The position numbers were made by a program, and so were the translations under genes. A DNA stretch of 64,000 bases from an uncultured Alphaproteobacteria bacterium (lineage in GTDB: Bacteria > Pseudomonadota > Alphaproteobacteria > RF32 > CAG-239): NCBI GenBank assembly GCA_944392315.1, contig CALXWH010000002.1, positions 31,441 through 95,440 on the forward strand. The letters are read 5' to 3'. The notes beneath the pieces were generated by a model. The model saw only the letters and a list, made by a program, of their open reading frames with translations, was not told the DNA's origin and did no database searches. Positions 56,422-64,000 of this stretch are shown here, in pieces. Each line of letters starts with the position of its first letter. Position 1 is the stretch's first letter.

Positions 56422-56745
56422 ATGAAAGAAAACATTTTTTCGTTCATTTGGGCTGGCATTTGCGCCCTTTTGAGCGTCTTGCTGTTAATATACCTTGATG
56501 GCAAGTTAAATTTTTCTTCTGACTACTTTTTTCCAGCTATTGTGGATACCATCCACGGTTGGGGATTATCTGTCAGAAAGGTGCTGTTTTTCGCTTTGTA
56601 TCTCTTGTACTGGTTAACGGGGATACACAAGTTGTTCGGTAATGGCATTCTTGCCCTTATCGGCTGGACAGCTCTTTTAGTTATTATTTGTGTAGTAGTT
56701 GTTTTCGGCTATTGGTTTGTCACCTGGCTGATGACATTTATCTAA
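56422..56745 (+). CDS. Small three-TM membrane protein (107 aa), immediately upstream of tolQ.
   Basis: Three hydrophobic helices. Followed by a terminator, so probably not co-transcribed with tolQ. Confidence 0.45.
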   Translation: MKENIFSFIWAGICALLSVLLLIYLDGKLNFSSDYFFPAIVDTIHGWGLSVRKVLFFALYLLYWLTGIHKLFGNGILALIGWTALLVIICVVVVFGYWFVTWLMTFI

Positions 56746-56750
56746 GAGAG

Positions 56751-56794
56751 AGAGTTGTTTTTTGGGGTTAATCCTTAAAAACAACTCTTTTTTG
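56751..56794 (+). terminator. Rho-independent terminator.
   Basis: agagttgtttt…aaaacaactct 11-bp stem followed by tttttgttt. Confidence 0.65.
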
Positions 56795-56873
56795 TTTGAT
56801 TAGTTAAATTTTTACAATTATATGTTAATGCTAATTTGAATAATTGGAAACTGTCAAGATAACGAGGATTAAA

Positions 56874-57608
56874 ATGGATACACAAGTTGCTACCGAGGTT
56901 GTTAATCAACTCTCTATGTGGGATATGGTTTGGTCTTCCGACTTAATTACCAAGGCGGTTATGATTGGATTGATTGCTGCTTCGGTTTGGTCGTGGGCTA
57001 TTATTTTTGAAAAAATCAATACATTACGGCAAGTTAAGCGCTTGTCTAAACATTTTGAAGAGCGCTTTTGGTCCGGTGGTTCTTTGGATAAACTCTATGA
57101 TTCTATCGGGAATCCACAAGACCCCATGTCTGCTATGTTTGTTGCCGCAATGAAAGAGTGGCGCAGAACGAATATTATGAAGTCTAAAACGGATAGAGGT
57201 TTGCGGGGCGTTTCTCTTCAACAGCGAATCGAAAAAGCTATGATGGTTTCTATGGATAAAGAATTGGATGAATTAGATAACCATATGGGATTTTTGGCTT
57301 CTACCGGTTCGGTTGCTCCTTTGGTTGGCTTGTTTGGAACCGTTTGGGGTATTATTTCTTGCTTTAACGCTATTGCCGTTACACAAAGCAACTCCTTAAC
57401 GTCTATCGCGCCGGGTATTGCAGAAGCTCTGTTTACCACCGCTTTTGGTTTGATTGCCGCTATTCCTGCCTATATTGCGTACAATATGATTACTTCGGAT
57501 ATTGACAGATATGCAAAAAAACTTGAAAACTTTATGGCTGAATTTTCTAGTATCTTATCTCGCGAAATTGACGATACCACAATTAAAGCCGAAATGGCCG
57601 GAGAATAA
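56874..57608 (+). CDS. tolQ: Tol-Pal system protein TolQ (MotA/TolQ/ExbB proton channel).
   Basis: Three TM helices and the conserved …TSIAPGIAEALFTTAFGL… segment. The likelier start is MDTQVATE rather than 56844. Confidence 0.85.
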   Translation: MDTQVATEVVNQLSMWDMVWSSDLITKAVMIGLIAASVWSWAIIFEKINTLRQVKRLSKHFEERFWSGGSLDKLYDSIGNPQDPMSAMFVAAMKEWRRTNIMKSKTDRGLRGVSLQQRIEKAMMVSMDKELDELDNHMGFLASTGSVAPLVGLFGTVWGIISCFNAIAVTQSNSLTSIAPGIAEALFTTAFGLIAAIPAYIAYNMITSDIDRYAKKLENFMAEFSSILSREIDDTTIKAEMAGE

Positions 57609-57610
57609 AT

Positions 57611-58039
57611 ATGGTAATGATTAACGGAAGAATCCAAAGACGCGGCAGCCGTCGTAATGCTGATATCAATATGACAAACCTTATGGATGTTATGATGGTG
57701 CTTTTGGTTGTATTTATGGTTGCAGCACCTTTGATGACATCTGGTATTCCTTTGGATTTGCCTAAAGTCGGCGGCGGCACTCTAAACGGAAAAGATACCT
57801 CTATTAATATCAGCGTTGATAAAGATGGTTTTTATTATATCGGGCAAAGCCAGATTAATCCTGACACTATTGTTGATAAAATCATGGCTATTAAAGGGGA
57901 AAATAAAGATGTTACTATCACCATTTCCGGTGATGCATCTTCTTCTTATGGTAGTGTTATCGGCTTGATGGCGCTGCTTAAAGATGCCGGATTTAGCAAA
58001 GTTGGCCTAAAGACAGAAGCTCGTCGCGATAAAAAATAA
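57611..58039 (+). CDS. tolR: TolR (ExbD/TolR family).
   Basis: 142 aa with …NLMDVMMVLLVVFMV… TM and a periplasmic domain. Directly follows tolQ. Confidence 0.85.
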   Translation: MVMINGRIQRRGSRRNADINMTNLMDVMMVLLVVFMVAAPLMTSGIPLDLPKVGGGTLNGKDTSINISVDKDGFYYIGQSQINPDTIVDKIMAIKGENKDVTITISGDASSSYGSVIGLMALLKDAGFSKVGLKTEARRDKK

Positions 58040-58059
58040 TATAATAGAAAGCTGTTTTT

Positions 58060-59088
58060 ATGATGAAAAAAAGTTACGTTTATAAATCGGTAGCGCTACA
58101 CATTGCAGTTGTTCTGCTTTGTGTCTTTGATGTACCGTTTTTAAGTCATAAGCGGACTTTTGATGAACAGCCGCCTATTATTGTAGATTTGGAAAATATT
58201 AAAATTACCGACACAACTAACTTGCCTGAAAAAGCGGTGCGCGGTAAAGAAAGAAAACCGGCAACTCGTAAAGAAAAACCAATTGAAGAAAACTTTACTC
58301 AAAAAACAGCTACCCCAAAACCGGAGGTAAAGCCTGCTGAAACAAAACCCGAACCGGAAGTTAAAGCGCCGGAAATCAAATCTCCTTCTTTGATAGAAGA
58401 AGCTCCAAAAGAAGAAATTACTAAAGAAGAACCCAAAAAAGAATCTAAAGAACCGCTCAAGGAAAAGAAAAAGCCGGCGCCTATCCCGCAAAAGAAGCCG
58501 CAGGTAAAACCAAAGCAAAAACCGACACAACCCAAAAAGACAGATGACAGCGCAGCAAATAGCTCACCAGCGTCTTCTGCAAAATCTAAAAAGCCTGCTT
58601 TGCGTAGCGCGAATCCGTTACAAAGTTTGATGAACTCTGTTGATGATTTACAAAAACAAATCGGTGAGGAAGATGCTCCGGCGCAAGTGCCTGAAGACGA
58701 GCCTGTAAACAATCTTGGTGTTGAGGGCGGAAACAGCAAAGGTTCTTATTTCAGTGAACTGTCTGTTTCTGGTATTGATTTTGTAAAATCTAAAATTCAA
58801 GAATCTTGGAAAACAATTGCCGGTGGTAAAGATGACCGCAATATTGAAGTTATCATTAACGTCAAACTAACCAAAGAAGGACTGATTCAATCTGTTGATA
58901 TTGAAGATATGTCCAGATATCGCTCCGACAGATATTTTCAAGCTCTGGCTGACAGTGCAGAAAGAGCTATTTATATCGCACAAGAAGTGCACAATGTCTT
59001 TAAGGTTTTATCTGCACAAAATGGCTCAAATTACAACGAGTGGAAAGAGATACGCTTCACATTTACGCCTTTGGGATTAACCAAATAA
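58060..59088 (+). CDS. tolA: TolA-like protein: N-terminal TM, K/P/E-rich domain II, C-terminal TolA/TonB-type domain.
   Basis: Architecture and position after tolQR. The low-complexity KPE-rich middle region produces long antisense shadow ORFs. Confidence 0.75.
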   Translation: MMKKSYVYKSVALHIAVVLLCVFDVPFLSHKRTFDEQPPIIVDLENIKITDTTNLPEKAVRGKERKPATRKEKPIEENFTQKTATPKPEVKPAETKPEPEVKAPEIKSPSLIEEAPKEEITKEEPKKESKEPLKEKKKPAPIPQKKPQVKPKQKPTQPKKTDDSAANSSPASSAKSKKPALRSANPLQSLMNSVDDLQKQIGEEDAPAQVPEDEPVNNLGVEGGNSKGSYFSELSVSGIDFVKSKIQESWKTIAGGKDDRNIEVIINVKLTKEGLIQSVDIEDMSRYRSDRYFQALADSAERAIYIAQEVHNVFKVLSAQNGSNYNEWKEIRFTFTPLGLTK

Positions 59089-59092
59089 TCTC

Positions 59093-59704
59093 TTAAATAT
59101 TCAGGCGATATCCGTTGTTTTCTGTTAAAATCAATTGACTACCACCCTCTTGTTCTACTTTTTGGCGGAGGCGGTATATATGGGTTTCTATGGTGTGCGT
59201 CGTTACGTCTGAGCAATATTCCCAAACGTCCTCTAGCAAATCTTCTTTACTCACACACTTGGGAGCATTTTGGTATAGATATTTCAGAATTATCACTTCT
59301 TTTTCGGTTAATTTTATGATTTTTCCCGAGGGGTGTATTTCTATTTCCTTTTTAGCCGGATAGAGATTGTATTCTTTGAAGCTAATACACTCTTTTCTCC
59401 GGATTTTCGGAAGCAATGTCCCTTCTTTAAAATCATGCAAAAACTTATCTAGTCTAAAGGGCTTTTTTATCACTATATCGGCTTGTTCTAATGTATCTAA
59501 ATGAGCTGAAAATAGTATTATCGGGGTTTCTTTATTCTCGGCGCGCATAGATTTTACTAAATCTTTGTCTTCATCTATGAGGATGAAGGATGTATCTTTA
59601 TCCGGTGTATCTTGAATTTCCGTTTCAGGTACACTGATTTCTATCTGACCTTTTATATCTTCTAAAAACGCGCTGTCTTTTGAGTAAATACATATTTTGT
59701 TCAT
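59093..59704 (-). CDS. OmpR/PhoB-family response regulator (receiver plus winged-helix), an orphan.
   Basis: C-terminal winged-helix (…YRLRQKV…GYRL). The receiver has the phospho-Asp (FILIDED), Ser (ILFSAH) and Lys (KKPF) positions. The N-terminal acidic pair is replaced by SKDS. Confidence 0.65.
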   Translation of the reverse strand: MNKICIYSKDSAFLEDIKGQIEISVPETEIQDTPDKDTSFILIDEDKDLVKSMRAENKETPIILFSAHLDTLEQADIVIKKPFRLDKFLHDFKEGTLLPKIRRKECISFKEYNLYPAKKEIEIHPSGKIIKLTEKEVIILKYLYQNAPKCVSKEDLLEDVWEYCSDVTTHTIETHIYRLRQKVEQEGGSQLILTENNGYRLNI

Positions 59705-60804
59705 ATCGCCAACTCCACTCCGAAAATAAAAGCATATCCTTTACTGTTATTGGTTATATCATTGTTTTCGCCATCCGCTTTTAGGTGTGCGGCCGTGAAT
59801 GACAGGGTAACATATTTGTTATATTGGTAACTGTTAGAAAAACTAATGATTTCATTTTTATTATCTGTCTTTTTCGCTTTTGATACGAAATATGATATGC
59901 CGGTTGTAAAAGGTCCGATTTCATAGCTTAAACCGATATTATAGGCATCTCCTTCTCGGTACGAATCGTAAAGATTTTCTTTATTCAGAGCATAATGCTT
60001 TGTATCAGCCTCTGTTTTGCGATATGAACCACCTAAAGTCCACCCTTTGCGATAAATGCTCATACCGGCCGAATACTCTTGGTCATTGTTTTTGTAATCT
60101 GCATATCCTAGTGAGCTTTCTAATTCATATCCCCGTATATTCCATAGGCCGTATGCGCCGAAAATATAGGCCTCATCATCTTTATATGGCGCATCTTTAG
60201 CAACCAGACCTGTTTGGCTATATGTTTTCGGAACATAGGTAGCTCCTAATTTTATTCCGTAAAATGAAGGGGTTACATAACTTATTTTAGAAGATACACC
60301 ATCCGTATTTATATATGTTGAATTTAGAGTTTTGTATTGTGCATCATGCCCTTTTTTATACCAGTTCGGATTTGTGATAAAATTAACTAAATCCGTATTA
60401 TTCGTACGGTAGAAACCTATATTCGGTGCACCCACCGCCATCTCGTAGGCTACGTTATTCTTTTGTCCGACAGATATTTCACCATATGGGGTTTCCGTTA
60501 GTAAATAAACTTCTTCTCCCCAGATACCTTGATTGTAATTCTCTATTTCTTTAGCTGTGTCTGACATTAAATATCCTATCAGCGATACGGCATAATCCTT
60601 ATTAAACTCATAGGTCATTCGCCCATAAAAATTAAAGGATGAGTTTATATTATTCTGTTTATACAGTTTGTTGTATGGTTTGGCATAATCTGTATATCCA
60701 TAAAAAGTGTTTACAGATGCAGAATAATCTGTTTCTAATCCTTTGGCCATAACGTCGGGAGACAAAAATAGGGTGCTTAGCAAAAATAGTGGGGAAATTT
60801 TCAT
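59701..60804 (-). CDS. Outer membrane porin-like beta-barrel protein.
   Basis: Signal peptide from MKISPLFLLSTLFLSPDVMA, then alternating beta-strand pattern rich in Tyr/Gly. The 4-nt overlap with the downstream response regulator suggests co-transcription. Confidence 0.55.
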   Translation of the reverse strand: MKISPLFLLSTLFLSPDVMAKGLETDYSASVNTFYGYTDYAKPYNKLYKQNNINSSFNFYGRMTYEFNKDYAVSLIGYLMSDTAKEIENYNQGIWGEEVYLLTETPYGEISVGQKNNVAYEMAVGAPNIGFYRTNNTDLVNFITNPNWYKKGHDAQYKTLNSTYINTDGVSSKISYVTPSFYGIKLGATYVPKTYSQTGLVAKDAPYKDDEAYIFGAYGLWNIRGYELESSLGYADYKNNDQEYSAGMSIYRKGWTLGGSYRKTEADTKHYALNKENLYDSYREGDAYNIGLSYEIGPFTTGISYFVSKAKKTDNKNEIISFSNSYQYNKYVTLSFTAAHLKADGENNDITNNSKGYAFIFGVELAI

Positions 60805-60976
60805 TCGGTATTCCTCAAAATATTCTCTCTTTTGCTTGAATATAAAACTATCTTTCTGTCTTAACAAGACTAATATTGTTTATAACCTAAAAAATTCTGG
60901 ATAAATATAATGCTTTTTGCTTTAACTTGACTTATATGATATATAGAACGAAATGAAAATTTATGGAGTAAATATA

Positions 60977-62506
60977 ATGCAGAAACCTGTTATGCTTTTA
61001 ATTTTGGATGGTTGGGGATACCGTAAAAATATTACTAAAGATAACGCTATTGAACAAGGTCATACACCTAATTGGCACTCTTTATTGGAAACTTGCCCAC
61101 ATTGTTTTGTAGAAACTTCCGGATATGATGTTGGTCTTCCGGATGGGCAAATGGGTAATTCTGAAGTTGGACACACAAATTTAGGTGCCGGTCGTGTTGT
61201 TATGCAAGATTTGCCTAAAATTGATTTGGCTATTAAAGATGGCTCTCTGGAGAAAAACCCTACTTTGGTTGAAATGATAAATAAATTAAAAGAAACTAAA
61301 GGTACTTGTCATTTGATGGGATTGATGTCTCCAGGTGGTGTTCACTCTCACCAGAAACATATTGAGGCTATGTGTGCAATTTTACACAAAAATAATATTC
61401 CAGTTTGTGTTCATGCATTTTTGGATGGGCGAGATACTCCTCCTCAATCTGCAAAAGAGTTTTTAGCGGAATTTGAGCAAAATATTCATAACTTTACTGG
61501 GGCTAAAGTTGCAACCATTTCCGGTCGTTTCTATGCAATGGATAGAGATAAGCGTTGGGATAGAGTTGAAAAAGCATACAACAATATCGTTTTAGCAGAC
61601 GGACAACGTTATGCTTCTTCCCAAGAAGCTATTGTCGCTTCTTATAACAATGGCGTTACCGACGAGTTTGTTGTTCCGGCTGTTATTGGCGATTATCAAG
61701 GAGCAAAAGACGGCGATGCTGTTCTTATGATTAACTTTAGAGCTGACAGAGCAAGAGAAATTCTTTATGCTTTAGGTGATAAAGATTTTACTGGATTTGA
61801 GAGAAAGAAAATTGTTCACTTTGTTGAACTCGTTGGAATGGTTGAATATTCCGTTGACCACAATCGCTTTATGAAAACTATTTTTGCACCTGAAGCATTA
61901 AAAAATATTTTTGGTGAAGTTGTTGCAAATCATGGCCTCACTCAGTTGCGAATCGCCGAAACGGAAAAATATGCGCATGTTACGTTTTTCTTTAATGGCG
62001 GTGAAGAAAAAGAATTTAAAGGTGAAGACCGTATTCTTATAAACAGTCCTAAAGTTGCCACTTATGACTTAAAGCCTGAAATGAGTGTTTATGAAGTTAC
62101 AGCCGCCCTTACGGATGCTATTGAAAAGCAAAAATATGACGTCATTATTTGTAACTTTGCTAACGGAGATATGGTTGGCCACACAGGTATTATGGACGCT
62201 GCCCTTAAAGCTGTTGCCGCTGTTGATGATTGCTTAGGTAAAGTTATGAAAGCTATTAAAGATGTTAACGGGGTACTCTTTGTTACTGCAGACCATGGCA
62301 ACGTTGAAAAAATGGTTGATGAAAAAACGGGAGAACCCTATACCGCACATACTGTTGGAAAGGTTCAAGCTGTTTTGTATAATGCAGAACCGCCTATTAA
62401 AGGATTAAATGACGGCAGATTAGCGGATGTTTCTCCGACACTTCTTGATTTGATGGGAATTGAAAAACCTCAAGAAATGACCGGAAAATCCCTCATTATT
62501 AAATAG
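60977..62506 (+). CDS. gpmI: 2,3-bisphosphoglycerate-independent phosphoglycerate mutase.
   Basis: MQKPVMLLILDGWGYR… canonical iPGM N-terminus with the catalytic Ser loop (…GNSEVGHTNLGAGR…). The ORF track begins 8 codons upstream. Confidence 0.9.
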   Translation: MQKPVMLLILDGWGYRKNITKDNAIEQGHTPNWHSLLETCPHCFVETSGYDVGLPDGQMGNSEVGHTNLGAGRVVMQDLPKIDLAIKDGSLEKNPTLVEMINKLKETKGTCHLMGLMSPGGVHSHQKHIEAMCAILHKNNIPVCVHAFLDGRDTPPQSAKEFLAEFEQNIHNFTGAKVATISGRFYAMDRDKRWDRVEKAYNNIVLADGQRYASSQEAIVASYNNGVTDEFVVPAVIGDYQGAKDGDAVLMINFRADRAREILYALGDKDFTGFERKKIVHFVELVGMVEYSVDHNRFMKTIFAPEALKNIFGEVVANHGLTQLRIAETEKYAHVTFFFNGGEEKEFKGEDRILINSPKVATYDLKPEMSVYEVTAALTDAIEKQKYDVIICNFANGDMVGHTGIMDAALKAVAAVDDCLGKVMKAIKDVNGVLFVTADHGNVEKMVDEKTGEPYTAHTVGKVQAVLYNAEPPIKGLNDGRLADVSPTLLDLMGIEKPQEMTGKSLIIK

Positions 62507-62513
62507 GTCTTAT

Positions 62514-63764
62514 ATGAAGCGGATATGTGTCTTTAGCATAGTTTTATCTCTGTTGGGAGTAAATTGTTTTTCTTACAATTTATGCTATGCTAAAGACGTA
62601 TCCGAAACAGATGTTAAAAGAATTGAGGCCGAAGCCAGAAAAAAAAGCATTGAATCAAGACAGCTGCAAGCTCAAGCTTTGCAGTTAAATCTTGAACTCT
62701 CCAAAATTGATAAGACTGTTATAGGTCTTGCTCAAGAGATTCAAAATAATGAAGATAAGATATCTAGTCTTGAAAATAAATTGCTTGCTCTTAAGGAAAA
62801 TTTGGCAATTAAAGAAGCAGCCTTTGCTAAAGAAAATCAATCTTTGGTTCAGACTTTGGCTTCTTTACAAAATATGTCTTTGAACCCCTCAGAAGCTGTT
62901 ATTTTGCAACCATTTTCTCCTGTTGATGTGATTAGAAGTGCCATTTTACTCCGTGAAACTGTTCCTTTTTTGAATAATAAATCTTCAAAACTCAAAACAG
63001 ACTTAGATGCTATTTATGCTCAAAAGAAACAAATAGAGACAACTGTTGAAGAAACAAAAAATAGTCAAAAGAACTTGGAAAAGCAGCAAAAAGAAATGCG
63101 CTCGCTTATGCAAAAAAAAGCAGGCATGCGGCAGGTTTTAGAAACAAAAGGAGCTCAAACACAAAAAGAAGCTGAAGAACTGGCTTCTAAGGCTAAAGAC
63201 TTAAGAGATTTATTGATAAAACTGGAAAAACAGAAAGAACTTGCTCGGAAAAAGCAGGAAGAAGCAGAACGTTTGGCAGCTTTGAAAAGACAAGAAGAAA
63301 TGAAAAAATTAAACGCACAACAGCAGCATACCGTTTCTCAAAAAGAACACGCATCCATAAAACAACAAGTTAAAGGAGGGCGTTTTGCTAAAGCAAAGGG
63401 AACTCTTTCTCGCCCAGTTAGGGGAACAATTATAACAGAATATGGTCAACCTCTCTCTAAAGGGGTTACCTCAAAGGGGATTGTTTATAAGACCCGTCCA
63501 AATGCTCAAGTTATCTCTCTTTATGACGGAACTGTTATTTTTTCTGGTCCTTTTAAAGGATATGGTAATATTATTATTGTAGAACATGGTGATGGATATC
63601 TGTCTCTTCTTGCCGGTTTAGGTGTTATTGACTGTGAGTTGGGGCAGATGCTGTTAGCGGGAGAACCTGTCGGCACTATGCCTGATTCTTCTAATGCTAA
63701 ACTTTATGTTGAGATTAGAAAAGACAGACACCCAATTAATCCGGCTCCATGGATTGCCAGTTAA
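62514..63764 (+). CDS. Peptidase M23 family protein (EnvC-like): coiled coil plus a C-terminal LytM domain.
   Basis: Signal peptide, long Q/K/E coiled coil, C-terminal …GYGNIIIVEHGDGYLS… M23 motif. The gpmI-M23-ctpA order is conserved. Confidence 0.8.
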   Translation: MKRICVFSIVLSLLGVNCFSYNLCYAKDVSETDVKRIEAEARKKSIESRQLQAQALQLNLELSKIDKTVIGLAQEIQNNEDKISSLENKLLALKENLAIKEAAFAKENQSLVQTLASLQNMSLNPSEAVILQPFSPVDVIRSAILLRETVPFLNNKSSKLKTDLDAIYAQKKQIETTVEETKNSQKNLEKQQKEMRSLMQKKAGMRQVLETKGAQTQKEAEELASKAKDLRDLLIKLEKQKELARKKQEEAERLAALKRQEEMKKLNAQQQHTVSQKEHASIKQQVKGGRFAKAKGTLSRPVRGTIITEYGQPLSKGVTSKGIVYKTRPNAQVISLYDGTVIFSGPFKGYGNIIIVEHGDGYLSLLAGLGVIDCELGQMLLAGEPVGTMPDSSNAKLYVEIRKDRHPINPAPWIAS

Positions 63765-63785
63765 TTTTATTTGATAGGAATGATT

Positions 63786-64000
63786 ATGAAAAAAAATAAA
63801 TTATTGTTTATCGCTTTATTTGCGGGGCTGTTCTTAAGCATTGCAGATGTCCAAGCGGCAAAAAAAGAAGATGACGAAGCCAATACCTATGAGTTACTTA
63901 ACTTGTTTGGTGAAGTTATGGAAAGAGCTAAGCTTAATTATGTTGAAGAAGTGAGTGACAAGAAACTTATTGAATCCGCTATTAATGGAATGTTAACCTC
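63786..64000 (+). CDS. ctpA: Carboxy-terminal processing protease (S41) N-terminal fragment, running off the window.
   Basis: Signal peptide plus …LLNLFGEVMERAKLNYVEEVSDKKLIESAINGML… typical CtpA N-terminus. Truncated by the window end. Confidence 0.7.
   Translation, partial: MKKNKLLFIALFAGLFLSIADVQAAKKEDDEANTYELLNLFGEVMERAKLNYVEEVSDKKLIESAINGMLT

Noticed and set aside
58141-58739. Two overlapping minus-strand ORFs (129 and 146 aa).
   Set aside because: Antisense to the K/P/E-rich repeat region of tolA. They are low-complexity artefacts.

Overview
The window is a low-GC (roughly 35-37%) chromosomal segment of an alphaproteobacterium, probably a Rhizobiales-like genome with some gene loss. 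That placement rests on the conserved run cdsA-rseP-bamA-lpxD-fabZ, an alphaproteobacterial RpoH, an Omp25/Omp31-type beta-barrel protein, tolQRA, and the gpmI-M23 peptidase-ctpA order at the 3' end. Most of the window is housekeeping backbone: envelope biogenesis (cdsA, rseP, bamA, lpxD, fabZ, lpxC, bamD, glmM), the SUF Fe-S module (sufS, a DUF59 protein, sufE), sucCD, a TolC-like protein, glgP, class II aldolase, infC, ligA, rluD, rpoH, an RND tripartite efflux pump, tgt, recN, the RNase P RNA (rnpB, minus strand, not in the ORF track) and one tRNA-Ser(GCU).

The region that departs from this backbone is a tightly packed seven-gene minus-strand operon (23835-31756) inserted between ligA and rluD. 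It is built around a VirD4/TraG-family type IV coupling protein (Walker A APPGTGKTAG, Walker B LDEF, acidic C-terminal tail). The six surrounding genes encode lineage-specific membrane, acidic, disordered and coiled-coil proteins. None of them resembles a VirB/Trb/Dot structural component, a relaxase or a canonical partner. I read it as a candidate uncharacterised coupling-protein-centred module, either a receptor or recruitment complex or a set of effectors.

Secondary items:
- A somewhat GC-richer two-gene islet (15584-17499) sits beside the tRNA-Ser gene, downstream of a near-consensus orphan promoter with a ~300 nt leader.
- A ParA/MinD-like ATPase with a deviant Walker A (no signature lysine) is paired with a membrane J-domain protein.
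- An orphan OmpR-family response regulator lies next to a porin.
- Synteny is truncated: no lpxA/lpxB after fabZ, no sucAB after sucCD, no ybgC upstream of tolQ and no tolB-pal after tolQRA.

No CRISPR array, IS element, transposase or integrase was seen.
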